DNA of 64,000 nt from an uncultured Planctomycetota bacterium (lineage in GTDB: Bacteria; Planctomycetota; Planctomycetia; Isosphaerales; Isosphaeraceae), in the NCBI GenBank assembly GCA_963823665.1, contig CAWGMQ010000003.1:288001-352000 (forward strand), read 5' to 3'. The notes beneath the pieces are model-generated. The model made no database searches, was not told the origin of the DNA, and saw only the letters and a program-made list of their open reading frames with translations. Shown piece by piece: positions 18,264-28,388 of this stretch; the first letter of the stretch is position 1, and each line of letters opens with the position of its first letter. The position numbers were made by a program, and so were the translations under genes.

Positions 18264-19919
18264 TCACTTCGGCGAGCCCGGCCATGCGGCGAGGACGGCT
18301 TCGTCGAGCGTGGGGTGGCATTCGACCAGCATGGTCAGCCTGACCTGGTGCAAAACGGCCATGACCCGCGCGGGCGTTTGACAGAGCCGCAAGGCGCCGC
18401 CAGCACGGTCGAGACGGAAGTGGTGGGCAAGCAGTACACCGATTGCCTGCGCGTTCAGGTGGCGGACAAATTCCAGGTTGAGCACCACCTGGCGCGGCAT
18501 GGGCTGCTCGAAAAGGTAGTGGAAATAGGAGCGCAAGTGCTCGATTGCGTCGGGGTCGTCGAGCTCACCCGTTCGGGGAGTGACAACGAGCACATCCTGG
18601 ATGATTTCGTGCTTGATGCGATCTTCCGCGGGATCTTGCTCGGAGCCGAGGTCAGCGGTTGTGGGAAATGAAATCGTCTGCTGGCTTTCACCGTGATAGG
18701 GTTGTGAGACGGTGCCTTCTCCCTGAAGCCAACCGGCGATCATCTTCTCGACGGGGCCGGTGGGGGCCTTGTCGTGGCCGATCGTCAGCGTGCAGACGGC
18801 CGGGCCGACCTGGACGCGGGCTCCGTCGTGAATTTCAACCTCGGCCTCCCGCAACGTGCGGCCGTCGACGATCGTGCCGTTGGTGCTGCCTGAGTCGCGG
18901 ACGAAGACCTTGCCGTCCCGGAGCTCGATCGCGGCGTGCAGTTTGCTGACCATGGCGGAGCCGAGCCGCAAGTGGCAGTCTCGATCGCGGCCAATCACGA
19001 ATCGCGGGCCGTAGATGGCAATCTCACGGCCTTTGGCCATACCGATCTGAACCCGCAGCCAGACGCTGCATTCGTTTGACGGAGGGGGCAAGGTTGAGCC
19101 GTCAAGAAACGACTCGTCTTCGATGGAGGCGAGCGGGTTGAGATCCGCCGCCTCGGAGGGTGCACCGCCGGAAATCGGCAAGATGTCGGCGGCCCGCGTC
19201 AGCGCGCTCAAGATCTCGACCGGCAGCGGCCGCGGACCGGAGCATGCCGGCCACGGGCTTTCGATCGCGGCGGCCTCGTTTTCGTAGATCGAAACGCCGA
19301 GCCCGACCCCGGCAATCGGAAACATCCGCGCGAGCGACGACGGAAGACCGCAAACCTTGAGCGCGCCGCCGTCGCCCGCGGCACATCTCCTGCCTGCTAC
19401 GTGCACGACGAAAGCCATCCAGCTCGCCAGACGCTCGATCGCCTGAAAGTTCAAGACGACGCGATGATTGCCCGCCGCGATCAAGTCGAGAAGATCGCGG
19501 GCCAGCTCGCGAATTTGAGACTCCTTGACGAGTGCCTTTTCCAGCAGCCGGACGATCGTGATTCCACGCTTGTATGCAACTTGAAAACATTTCCATGAAT
19601 CGAGAGTCGAGGCGCCGGAAGACTGTCGGCCCGTTGCCTTGGGTTTGCGCTTGAGCCCCGGCAAGTTTTCGATGATTTTGGACCAAGGGCTCGCTGATTT
19701 GGGCGCGGACAGCTCTCCCAGATCAAGATGGCTCGCGATCCACTCTTCCATTCGCCGATCATCGTGTTGAGATTGGTTGGCTGGCCCGGCCAGGAGACCC
19801 ATCCGCTCCGAAAGTAGCGACGTGCGGGGCGCCGACTCAGCACGCTTCGCGAGCCGAGCATCCGCCAGGGCAGCCTCGTCCGCGTCCGCCAGCGCGATTG
19901 TAAATTCTTCGTATTTCAT
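18264..19919 (-). CDS. STAS-FHA-STAS signalling protein
   Basis: RVVLNFQAIERL...LKVCGL (STAS); FVIGRDRDCHLRLGSAMVSKLHA...DSGSTNGT (FHA); QVVLNLEFVRHL...LRLCQ (STAS). Confidence 0.85.
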   Translation of the reverse strand: MKYEEFTIALADADEAALADARLAKRAESAPRTSLLSERMGLLAGPANQSQHDDRRMEEWIASHLDLGELSAPKSASPWSKIIENLPGLKRKPKATGRQSSGASTLDSWKCFQVAYKRGITIVRLLEKALVKESQIRELARDLLDLIAAGNHRVVLNFQAIERLASWMAFVVHVAGRRCAAGDGGALKVCGLPSSLARMFPIAGVGLGVSIYENEAAAIESPWPACSGPRPLPVEILSALTRAADILPISGGAPSEAADLNPLASIEDESFLDGSTLPPPSNECSVWLRVQIGMAKGREIAIYGPRFVIGRDRDCHLRLGSAMVSKLHAAIELRDGKVFVRDSGSTNGTIVDGRTLREAEVEIHDGARVQVGPAVCTLTIGHDKAPTGPVEKMIAGWLQGEGTVSQPYHGESQQTISFPTTADLGSEQDPAEDRIKHEIIQDVLVVTPRTGELDDPDAIEHLRSYFHYLFEQPMPRQVVLNLEFVRHLNAQAIGVLLAHHFRLDRAGGALRLCQTPARVMAVLHQVRLTMLVECHPTLDEAVLAAWPGSPK

Positions 19920-20147
19920 GAATCCGATTCACCCATTCTCGCCAGTCATCGGCACACGTGGGCAGACTTAACCGATCAAAACGTAACACAATTCACTGCT
20001 GCGTCCCCCCTTTCCTCAGTAGGCGACAAGTGCGGCGAAAACGGCCCGTTCTCCGCGATTTGGAAGCGGAACCCCGTGGCGGGAAGAAACTTTGGGGAAA
20101 TCGGCAGAATGGCAGGCCGAATCGCGTGCTGATGACGCCTATCTTGA

Positions 20148-21018
20148 TTACGCATCCCGCCGAGCGGTGTCGACCGAAGCAGGCAGAATCTCTCGCACGG
20201 ATGCCTCAATCTTGGCGCAGTAGTGTTCCAGAGGAAGGTTGTCTCCGCTCACGCGGAACGGCTCTTCGATTTCTTCGGCCACCATCTCGATGCCGAGCAG
20301 GAAGTAGGCCGCGAGCAGAAACAATGGGAAGCTCGAGGGACCAACGTCTTCCATGAGGTAGAACGGCGAGATCAGCACATAAACTGCGATCCCGTGGCGA
20401 AGCAGCGCGCGATATGACGAAGAAATCGGCGTGTACCGGATGCGCTCGCACGCGCCGCAGACATCCATGAAGCTCTTGACGTGGCCGTCCAGCCAGAGCA
20501 GTGAAAACCCGTCGAGCACGCCGGACTGGCGCAAACGAACCAGGGTTCCGTAAAGGTCGCCGGCGACTCGCGAGGGTGCGTGTTCCCGTTCCTTGAGCGC
20601 AGCCGGATCGGGCAACTGCTCGTTTGCGGGGCTCTTGCTCCGGAGGCTCTGCTCGAGCGCGAGGGCAAAACCGATGACGAGTGTGGCGATTTCCTGGCGC
20701 TCGGGCGCACGGCGCCAGGAGTGCGCGCACCTTCAAGCACAAGTTGCGGCTGTCGTTGACGAGCTGGCCCCAGAGCTTCCGGGCTTCCCACCAGCGGTCG
20801 TATGCGTGGTTGTTGCGAAACGCGATCAAGAAGCCGAGGACCACCCCGTTCAGAACGGTTGACTCAGCGCCCCAGTCGATGTGAGGCAGGTGCTCGAGCT
20901 CGACAAGCGCGTAGACCATCCAGCCGTAGACGGCGAGCAGGACGACGAAGACCAAGAGCTTCCGCTTGATCAATAGCGGCGGAAAGAGCCGGCGAATCAT
21001 GAACAGGAAGGGTGCCAT
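20148..21018 (-). CDS. Bestrophin family ion channel (frameshifted near 20600-20720)
   Basis: LIAFRNNHAYDRWWEARKLWGQLVNDSRN, GACERIRYTP, EEIEEPF. Confidence 0.9.
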
Positions 21019-21205
21019 GTGCGGTTTGAACCTCGATCCACTTTTCGTCAACTTCCGTCGCTAGGGCGGGCCGGTGACGCTACACTCTAACTAGATTACG
21101 AAGCGAACGCGCCCGCCTGCGAGGCAAAAGCCGGGCGGCGGGTGGATCGCGTCGCGACGGCTGCACCGGACGCCAAGCTCCAAAGTGTGATTGCGAGTAA
21201 ATTGA

Positions 21206-23107
21206 TTGATGAACATCACCGGGGCCAAGGCAGACGACTTCCTCACAATTAGCCCGAGGGTCCGGGTCATGCCGGTCATCCACGGCTCGGGTGATTTCGC
21301 CGTCCAGGTGCGGGAAGAGCTGCTTTCGCGGCCCTATGACTGTGTGGCGGTGCCGCTGCCTCCTTCCTTTCAGGACGACGTCGAAGCGGCGATCGAGCAG
21401 CTTCCGCGGATTTCAATCGTCGTCCAGGTCGACTCGGAGACGGGCGAGTCGGAGGGCGAGGCCGAGGGCGGCTTCAGTTACGTGCCGATCGACCCCTGCC
21501 AGGGCGTGATCGCGGCCTTGCGCACCGCGCGTGGCGAGCGGATCGCGCGCGAGTTCATTGATATGGAGACGCCGCGATTCGTGGCGGTCTCCGGCACGTT
21601 TCCCGATCCCTACGCGCTCAAACGCGTGAGCCCGAGGTTGTTCTCGGCCGCTCTTCTCTATGCGGTTCCGCGGCCGTTGCCCGGCCAGAGCGCGGATCGA
21701 ATCAACTGGATGGCCGCGCGGCTCAAGGAGCTCGAATCGCAGTACAAATCGATCCTCCTCGTTTGCTCGATCCTGGACTGGCCCTGGATCCGCGAAGCCT
21801 ATCAGATCGGGACGCCGCCGCCGGAGCAGGAGACGTTCTTCTCGCCGATTCTGTCATTTCCGGTCGACCCCAAGAACCTGATCTTCGCGCTGGGAGAGTT
21901 GCCGTACATCACCAGTCTCTACGAGCGCGGGCGAGTCGAGCTGCTGCCGGATGACAACCTCTCGGTCGACGGCATCAAGGAGATGGTGCTCGACGCGCGC
22001 AAGAAGCTCAAGGAGAAGCACCCCAAGATTGCCGACCGTATCACGCCGCAGATTCTGTCGATCTATTTCCGGTATATCCGCAACCTGTCGCTGCTGGATC
22101 GCCGGCTGACGCCTGATCTCTACACTTTGATCGTCGCGGCCAAGCAAACCGCCGGCGACGATTTCGCCCTGGCGCTGGCCGAGACGGCTCGTTCCTACCC
22201 ATGCTTGGAGCAAGCTTCGGACTCTGGCGCGGGTTTCGAGTTTGACGAGCCCGGCTTCGCCCGGCTGGGAATCAACCAGGGCGAGCTACCCGTCTGGGGA
22301 GCGGGCCCGATGGTCAGCCGACTGCCGGGCCAGGCGCTCTCGTGGCGCACGTGCGAGCTGCGGCCCAAGCCACAAAAATCCGAGCAGGCGCAATGGCGAC
22401 AGCGCTGGAACCCGTTCGGGATGTGCTCCTATCCTCCCGAGGATGACAAGATCGAGAGCTTCCATCGCCACGTGCGCGATCAGGCCAAGGCGATCCTGGG
22501 GGCAGACCTGGCGCGCACCGAGAAATTCACCACGAGCGTGCGTGACGGGATCGACATTCGAGAGACCTTGCGCAACTGGCACACCGGCGAGCTGTACGTG
22601 AAGGTCGTGCCGCCTGGCCGCGGCTCGATCGAGGTTGTCGTGTTCCTGTTCGACCTTCCGGCTGATCCCGAGATCTACACAAACCGCACCACCTGGTACG
22701 CAGAGCATCTCGAGGAATCAACCCTGGCTTTCTATGCCACCGACCCGATGAAGAACCTGGTCGGCCCGGGAATCGCCCAGGCTGAATATGGCGGCGCGCT
22801 CTTCATCTTTCCGCCGCGGCCGATCCCCGATATCTGGACCGACCGGCGGCTCAATTTCGTCGATACGCTCGAGGAACGGCTGCTCGCGGCCGCGTTCCTG
22901 CACAGCCAGGACCGGCACGTTGCGGTCGTGAGCCCCAAGATTCCGGCGGGCTCGTGGCGCAGGCTCGCGCGCCGGTTCGGCCGGAAGATCGTCCACGTGC
23001 CGCTCAAGCGCTTCGGCGGCCAGATGCTCGAGCGTTTGCGCACCTTCCACGTCTTGAACGGCAAGCACGTGCGCTCGTACGCGGCCGATTACATTCGCGG
23101 TCTGTAA
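21206..23107 (+). CDS. Conserved hypothetical protein, 633 aa
   Basis: Long uninterrupted ORF with host-like codon bias; no family recognised. Confidence 0.8.
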   Translation: MMNITGAKADDFLTISPRVRVMPVIHGSGDFAVQVREELLSRPYDCVAVPLPPSFQDDVEAAIEQLPRISIVVQVDSETGESEGEAEGGFSYVPIDPCQGVIAALRTARGERIAREFIDMETPRFVAVSGTFPDPYALKRVSPRLFSAALLYAVPRPLPGQSADRINWMAARLKELESQYKSILLVCSILDWPWIREAYQIGTPPPEQETFFSPILSFPVDPKNLIFALGELPYITSLYERGRVELLPDDNLSVDGIKEMVLDARKKLKEKHPKIADRITPQILSIYFRYIRNLSLLDRRLTPDLYTLIVAAKQTAGDDFALALAETARSYPCLEQASDSGAGFEFDEPGFARLGINQGELPVWGAGPMVSRLPGQALSWRTCELRPKPQKSEQAQWRQRWNPFGMCSYPPEDDKIESFHRHVRDQAKAILGADLARTEKFTTSVRDGIDIRETLRNWHTGELYVKVVPPGRGSIEVVVFLFDLPADPEIYTNRTTWYAEHLEESTLAFYATDPMKNLVGPGIAQAEYGGALFIFPPRPIPDIWTDRRLNFVDTLEERLLAAAFLHSQDRHVAVVSPKIPAGSWRRLARRFGRKIVHVPLKRFGGQMLERLRTFHVLNGKHVRSYAADYIRGL

Positions 23108-23121
23108 TTCCTGGAGGCTCG

Positions 23122-24148
23122 ATGTCCCCTGCACTTTTATTGCTGGCCTGTTCGGTTGCGATTCAAGCGGGGCAGGACGTCAAGGCAACCGAGCCTTTTG
23201 ACGCCCCCAAGTACGGCCTGGCGACCAGGATCCCCGAGGAGTGGAAGATCGCCGCGCGCGAGGAGGACGACCGCGTCTTCGTGGCGATCATTCCGCAGGC
23301 TGACTTCGACCGCCCGGGCATCGCGGCTTGCGAGCTGGCACTGGCCCCGCAAAGCCTGGACGAGTATCGCACCCGCATTGACACAGGCGCCAAGAAGAAC
23401 GGGCGACCCAGTGGCAAGCTTGCCTCGAACAAGCTCATCAAGGACGATCGCGGCGAGCGGCTCGAGACCGTGTGGGAGCTCCATCCCGATGCAGGCGGCT
23501 TCTGGCGCGAGATCAGCGTGCGGATCATTGCCAATCGCCAGCTCTACACGTTCATCCTGAACGTCGAAGACTCAGTTTATGCGAAAACCCGCCCGGCCTT
23601 CGACGCCCTCCTGGCCGCCACCAAGTTCACCCCACCCAACACGGGCGCCGACTTGCTGGCGAAGGAAAAGAACTGCTGGATCCAGCGCGAGTACCGCTTC
23701 GCACTGGAGCTTCCGCAAGGCTGGCAGCCGGCGCTGGCACCGAGCGAAATCGCGCTGCTCTTCGCCAATGGGCCTGCCACGGGTATCTGGTCCGACAATC
23801 TCCTGGTGCTCGCGCATCCGCATCGCAACCACGATCTGGAAGAACTCGCCAAGCTCCTTCCTGAGCAGCTCAAGCAAGAAGATCCGAAGTGTCAGCTCAT
23901 CGCGTGCAAGGTCATCGCGCAGGGCGAAAGGAAGGCGACTTGAGACCGTCGTGCGAACCGACAGAGGGCCGTTCTCGATGACCGTCATCGAGCGCCGTTT
24001 CCGCGGCGACCGGTTCGACTACGAAGTCAAATTCACGGTCGAAACCAAGCGCTTCGATGAACTTGAGCCGAAACTTCGTGAGAGCCTCGAGAGCTTCCGG
24101 GAGATGCCGGGCGATGTTCCGGGGGCGGCGAAGGCCAAGGCGGCGTGA
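23122..24148 (+). CDS. Hypothetical exported protein with two internal repeats (frameshift near 23935)
   Basis: Signal-like MSPALLLLACSVAIQAG and GGAGG RBS; repeated YGL-x-x-x-IPEEW / YRF-x-x-x-LPQGW halves. Confidence 0.7.
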
Positions 24149-24174
24149 GTGCTCGGGCGTAAGCCCGATCCGCG

Positions 24175-25359
24175 TCATTGCAGAATTTCGCGTTGGTGCT
24201 GGCTTGCCGGCTTCGCATTCGGCTCCGGTTTGCGCACTGCAAATCGCAGGGCTTGCAGAATCACGAACAGTACGAGCAGTGGTGGAATGGCATAGGCGAT
24301 GTAGATCGTCCATCCCAGGCCCAGCGGCGGCCCGGCCAGGGCAAGGGGAAGGACCAAGATCGATACGATGAACAGCATGCAGCCGGTCGAGGTCATCACG
24401 GACTTGAAGCTGGTCTCTTCGCTGATTGCTTCGTAATGAAGGTCAACAGTGCGGCCCTTGCGCAGGCTGCGGGCGGTGGCCTCGGCTAGTTCCATCGATC
24501 GGGTCGCGTCGTGCAGGGTTGGACCGTGTGGATCGCTCGAAGCGAGCCTTCCAGTGGCCGCGAGCAGCGCAGAGAAGATGGCCTCGTGCCGATCCCATGG
24601 GTCAAGCGTCTGGCTGACCGGCGGATCCGACCCTGACTGGCGGACGAGGACCGCAGGCGCGTCGAGCGCCGAGTCGAATTCGAGCGTCCAGGTTCCGGTC
24701 GTGCCGCTTGCGGACAGGCGATTCACCGACTCGTGACCCGGGCGGATTCGCAGCTCGGCCCGGCGCTGCTCGGCGGCACGAAGCTGGACGATCAGCTCGA
24801 GATCCGGGTGATCGCCGGGCGGGTCACCGGTCGCCGAGAGCGCCTCGATGTCGCCCAGGAGCGCGCGAATGACGTCGACCATTCGAGGAAACACGACTCG
24901 GGCGAGATCGACGCCCTCGCCTTCAGACACGGTCTCCAGGCGCACGCTTCGAATGGTACCTAGCTCGCCGGAGGCGAGCGCGTCGCGTATTGCCGAGACG
25001 CCGGGATGAAGCCGCAACGGCAGGTCCGGGACGATGACGGCGCCTGTCTCGGCGCGGCTCAGGGCAACCTGGTAATAAGGCTCGGAGTCGGCCCCCGCCG
25101 GGTGGAGACAGATGATGGCGATTCCTTCGGCGGCGCAGCGCCTCAGGTACTCGCCGCGAAGCTCGATCGGGCCACCGACGATCACAAAGTCGACGCCCGG
25201 GCGCGCGAGCAGGTCGTCGAGGTCGTTCGCGCGAGGAACGAGCTCCAGTCCCGGCTCGGAAAATCCCGGAAACGCAGCAGCGATTTGAAGATCGTTCTCG
25301 AGCAGCCAGTGCGCCCAGTCTTGCTCCTCTTCATCGTTTCCGAGAATAACGCCGTTCAT
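24175..25359 (-). CDS. Divergent Gfo/Idh/MocA-like oxidoreductase with two C-terminal TM helices
   Basis: DLDDLLARPGVDFVIV, LRLHPGV-x-AIRD-x-L-x-SGELGTI, PTLHDATRSMELAEA. Confidence 0.7.
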   Translation of the reverse strand: MNGVILGNDEEEQDWAHWLLENDLQIAAAFPGFSEPGLELVPRANDLDDLLARPGVDFVIVGGPIELRGEYLRRCAAEGIAIICLHPAGADSEPYYQVALSRAETGAVIVPDLPLRLHPGVSAIRDALASGELGTIRSVRLETVSEGEGVDLARVVFPRMVDVIRALLGDIEALSATGDPPGDHPDLELIVQLRAAEQRRAELRIRPGHESVNRLSASGTTGTWTLEFDSALDAPAVLVRQSGSDPPVSQTLDPWDRHEAIFSALLAATGRLASSDPHGPTLHDATRSMELAEATARSLRKGRTVDLHYEAISEETSFKSVMTSTGCMLFIVSILVLPLALAGPPLGLGWTIYIAYAIPPLLVLFVILQALRFAVRKPEPNAKPASQHQREILQ

Positions 25360-25490
25360 CGTGAAATCATCGCTCCTTTGGCTTTTGGACCATCATAGGC
25401 CAAAGGTCAGGACCGATCCATGACAGTCAGGACGCAACTGAGTTATGATCAGCGATCGGAAGGTGCGGAGTCCATTCCGGGTGGAATTCA

Positions 25491-26681
25491 TTGATGGTGA
25501 TCGACGGCATGAACAGACGATCGCCCATGGTCCTCGGTAAGATCGCGGCCATCGCGTTGCTCACGCTGGCAATCGATTGGAGCGTGAGGCAGGCGTTGCT
25601 GCGATCTTACCATTTCGTCTTTCGGGAAGAGCTGACCGATGCAGTCACTCACGTCCATTTTCACATTCCGTTCATCCTAGCAATTCTCATGGAGTTATTC
25701 ATTTGCCGAAGCACGATCGCTAACTGGATTGGTGGGCTGTGCCTGTGGTGCTCGTTCGGTCTGTTCGCGGCGTACGCGACTGCTTGTTCACTTACATTGA
25801 GAGATCTGGGGCATGCTCAGGAGCTCATCAAGGGCGGATGGATATGGGCGGTCGCGATCATCGATCTTGGCGCGATCGGCTATTTCTGGTTGCTTCTACC
25901 TTTCAGATGTCCCGCCTGCCAGAAGAGGGGCTTCGTCACGCACTGGGTCGAGGACTGCAAGGCGACCCAGGGCAAGTGTGTGCGATGCGGCCAAGCTTTC
26001 TTCAGGTGTCGGGGCGAGCGGTCATGGTCGCCTGGCGAGCCGCCAACGAGAAAGCAGCCCATCATCCCGCCCGAGTCTGAGATGTTCCCCGGAATGATGG
26101 GTGCGGAGCTCCGCGCCGCGAAACGTGGCCGGCCTGCGATCGATCCTGATACCGGCGCGCTTCAATTCCGTTATGATCGATTTGCTTCGTCCACTTGTCT
26201 TGCTCTCGCGATCGCCTTTCCCATTCTGTTCTACGCTTGTCTCGTGCTAAGGCCAGATCGACCGACCGCCGCGCCGCAGGGTTTTCTGGTGCTGTCATGC
26301 GTTTTCGCGCTAGGGACCGCAATGTTCGTCGCCCTGACATGGCACTTCAGACGGTTTTCACTGATCGTATCGCGCGACGGGCTGTTATGCCGGCCGCCCT
26401 GGAAAACAGGTCGCTTGCTGCGCTGGGATGACATCCATGAGTTGTCATACAGCAAGGAGAGCATATGGCTGGGCGCATGGTTCACAATCCGCGCCACGGA
26501 CGGGTGGAAGTTCCGGGTATCGATTCTCGTCCCGGGCCTTTCCGAGTTTCTCGGGCAATGCGAACAACATCTGTCAAGAGAGGCGTTGTTGAAGGCGAGG
26601 TTGGGTTTCCTTCGGCTGGACCGCATGTTTCCAGCGCCGGGCGACGAGTCGGTTGCCAACGAAGTCGGGTCTGCGCCTTGA
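25491..26681 (+). CDS. Hypothetical membrane protein with a CxxC..CxxC zinc ribbon and a possible C-terminal PH-like domain
   Basis: Hydrophobic segments, CPACQ...CVRCG, LRWDDIHEL. Confidence 0.6.
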   Translation: MMVIDGMNRRSPMVLGKIAAIALLTLAIDWSVRQALLRSYHFVFREELTDAVTHVHFHIPFILAILMELFICRSTIANWIGGLCLWCSFGLFAAYATACSLTLRDLGHAQELIKGGWIWAVAIIDLGAIGYFWLLLPFRCPACQKRGFVTHWVEDCKATQGKCVRCGQAFFRCRGERSWSPGEPPTRKQPIIPPESEMFPGMMGAELRAAKRGRPAIDPDTGALQFRYDRFASSTCLALAIAFPILFYACLVLRPDRPTAAPQGFLVLSCVFALGTAMFVALTWHFRRFSLIVSRDGLLCRPPWKTGRLLRWDDIHELSYSKESIWLGAWFTIRATDGWKFRVSILVPGLSEFLGQCEQHLSREALLKARLGFLRLDRMFPAPGDESVANEVGSAP

Positions 26682-26755
26682 GTGCCAGTGCTATCACGCC
26701 GTCCAACAAGTGCGGCATTGACGCCAAACACGAATGAGATGGAGGGATCCGAGCC

Positions 26756-27337
26756 GTGCCCGTAGATTACTTTCCGAATTATCACGCGACATTGCTCTGC
26801 CGCGCAGCTCCGCAAGGATTCAGCACGGCCGCCCTGCTCTGCCGCGTCATTCCGGCCAATATCGCGGTGGATCTTAATCAGACGGACAAATGGCTGCATT
26901 TCGATGACAGCGCTTTCCTTGCGGGCGTTGAGCATATTGAGACATCCTGGGCATCCGTCGAAGCGGGCATCCGTCGCATGTCCAATTTTGGCAGGCTCAC
27001 ACACACCGTCCAGGACTTCTACTCCCACTCGAACTGGGTCGAGCTGCACCAGCACCTGAGCCCCCTGCCCGTCTGGGACCTGACAATTGCGGGTCTTCCG
27101 GCAGCCGCTCACACCGGCACGTATCCGGGTCGCAACCGTCGGCCCGGTCAGACCACGCCGACGCACGGCGAGCTGAACAAGGATTGCCCCTTTGGGTGGT
27201 TCTCACCATCGGGCGCCCGCGTCGTCGCCGAAGGACCGAACCGCGGGAAGACGCTGTTCGAGCTGGGCTATCAAGCGGCCCTCGCGGCTACGCGAGTGCA
27301 GTTTGATCGACTCATACGTGTACTCTCGCAGGATTGA
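26756..27337 (+). CDS. HET-C/VWA7-N-like (zinc phospholipase C/P1 nuclease fold) protein
   Basis: LHFDD, FGRLTHTVQDFYSHSNWVE, LNKD motifs; GGAGG RBS. Confidence 0.75.
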   Translation: MPVDYFPNYHATLLCRAAPQGFSTAALLCRVIPANIAVDLNQTDKWLHFDDSAFLAGVEHIETSWASVEAGIRRMSNFGRLTHTVQDFYSHSNWVELHQHLSPLPVWDLTIAGLPAAAHTGTYPGRNRRPGQTTPTHGELNKDCPFGWFSPSGARVVAEGPNRGKTLFELGYQAALAATRVQFDRLIRVLSQD

Positions 27338-27447
27338 CCACTTGCCTTACGCGCGGCGATAATGCCTGGATTACGGCCTGGAACTCACGAAGGGCGATCC
27401 GATTGATCGAGCGAGACCTGGAATTCGTGCAGCGGGGATCGACGCAG

Positions 27448-28383
27448 GTGTTCTCGATTGACGGATCGGGTGATATTCCCGAAAAAGCCAGGGGCGCGAT
27501 CGTTACCGTCGGCAACTTCGACGGCGTGCATCGAGGCCACCAGAGGCTGCTCGGCCGGGCGAGAGAGAGAGCCGACGCGGCGGGCGTGCCGGCGCTTGCG
27601 ATCACGTTTGATCCGCACCCGGTGGCCTTGCTGCGGCCCGAAGCGGCGCCTGTGCCGCTGGTCTGGCTCGAGCGCGAAGTCAGCCTGCTCCAGGAAGCCG
27701 GTGCATCACTGGTCGGCGTGTTTCGCACCGGGCGGTGGCTGCTGGAGCTCACCGCTCGCGAGTTCTTCGACAACATCTTACGGGAAAAGCTTGGCGCCCG
27801 CGGGATCGTCGAAGGGCCGAACTTTGCGTTCGGCCACGATCGCCTGGGAGATGTTCGCACGCTCGGCGCCTGGTGCAGCGAGGCGGGCATCGGTTTCGAG
27901 GTGGTCGAGCTAGCGGACATCGACGGCCAATTGATCTCGTCTTCGCTAATTCGCCAATGCATAAGCGAGGGAGACGTCGCCCTGGCCAGGCAATACCTGG
28001 GCCGGCCGCATCGAATTCGCGGCATTGTTTCAAAAGGAGCAGGCCGCGGGGCAACGATGGGTTTTCCGACGATCAATCTGGTCGGCACAGACACGCTTGT
28101 TCCAGCGGAAGGGGTGTACGCCGGGCTCGTCCGGATCGGCGGCGACGAACAGCCTTATCCGGCGGCGTGCAACATCGGGCCGAACCCGACGTTCGGCGAG
28201 CTTTCCAGGAAGATTGAGGCGCACCTGATCGGCTTCTCCGGCGACCTCTACGGAAAGCAGGTCGAGCTCGATTTCCTGGAACGCCTTCGATCGACCCGCA
28301 AGTTTGCGGGGAAAGAGGACCTGCTCAAGCAGATCGCCACGGATGTGGACGCGGCCAGGCGAATTTGTGTCCCAGGGCGCTAG
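27448..28383 (+). CDS. ribF: Bifunctional riboflavin kinase / FMN adenylyltransferase
   Basis: GNFDGVHRGHQ, TFDPHP, ISSSLIR, GRG-x-x-MGFPTIN, NIGPNPTF, IEAHL. Confidence 0.97.
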   Translation: MFSIDGSGDIPEKARGAIVTVGNFDGVHRGHQRLLGRARERADAAGVPALAITFDPHPVALLRPEAAPVPLVWLEREVSLLQEAGASLVGVFRTGRWLLELTAREFFDNILREKLGARGIVEGPNFAFGHDRLGDVRTLGAWCSEAGIGFEVVELADIDGQLISSSLIRQCISEGDVALARQYLGRPHRIRGIVSKGAGRGATMGFPTINLVGTDTLVPAEGVYAGLVRIGGDEQPYPAACNIGPNPTFGELSRKIEAHLIGFSGDLYGKQVELDFLERLRSTRKFAGKEDLLKQIATDVDAARRICVPGR

Positions 28384-28388
28384 CGCAA

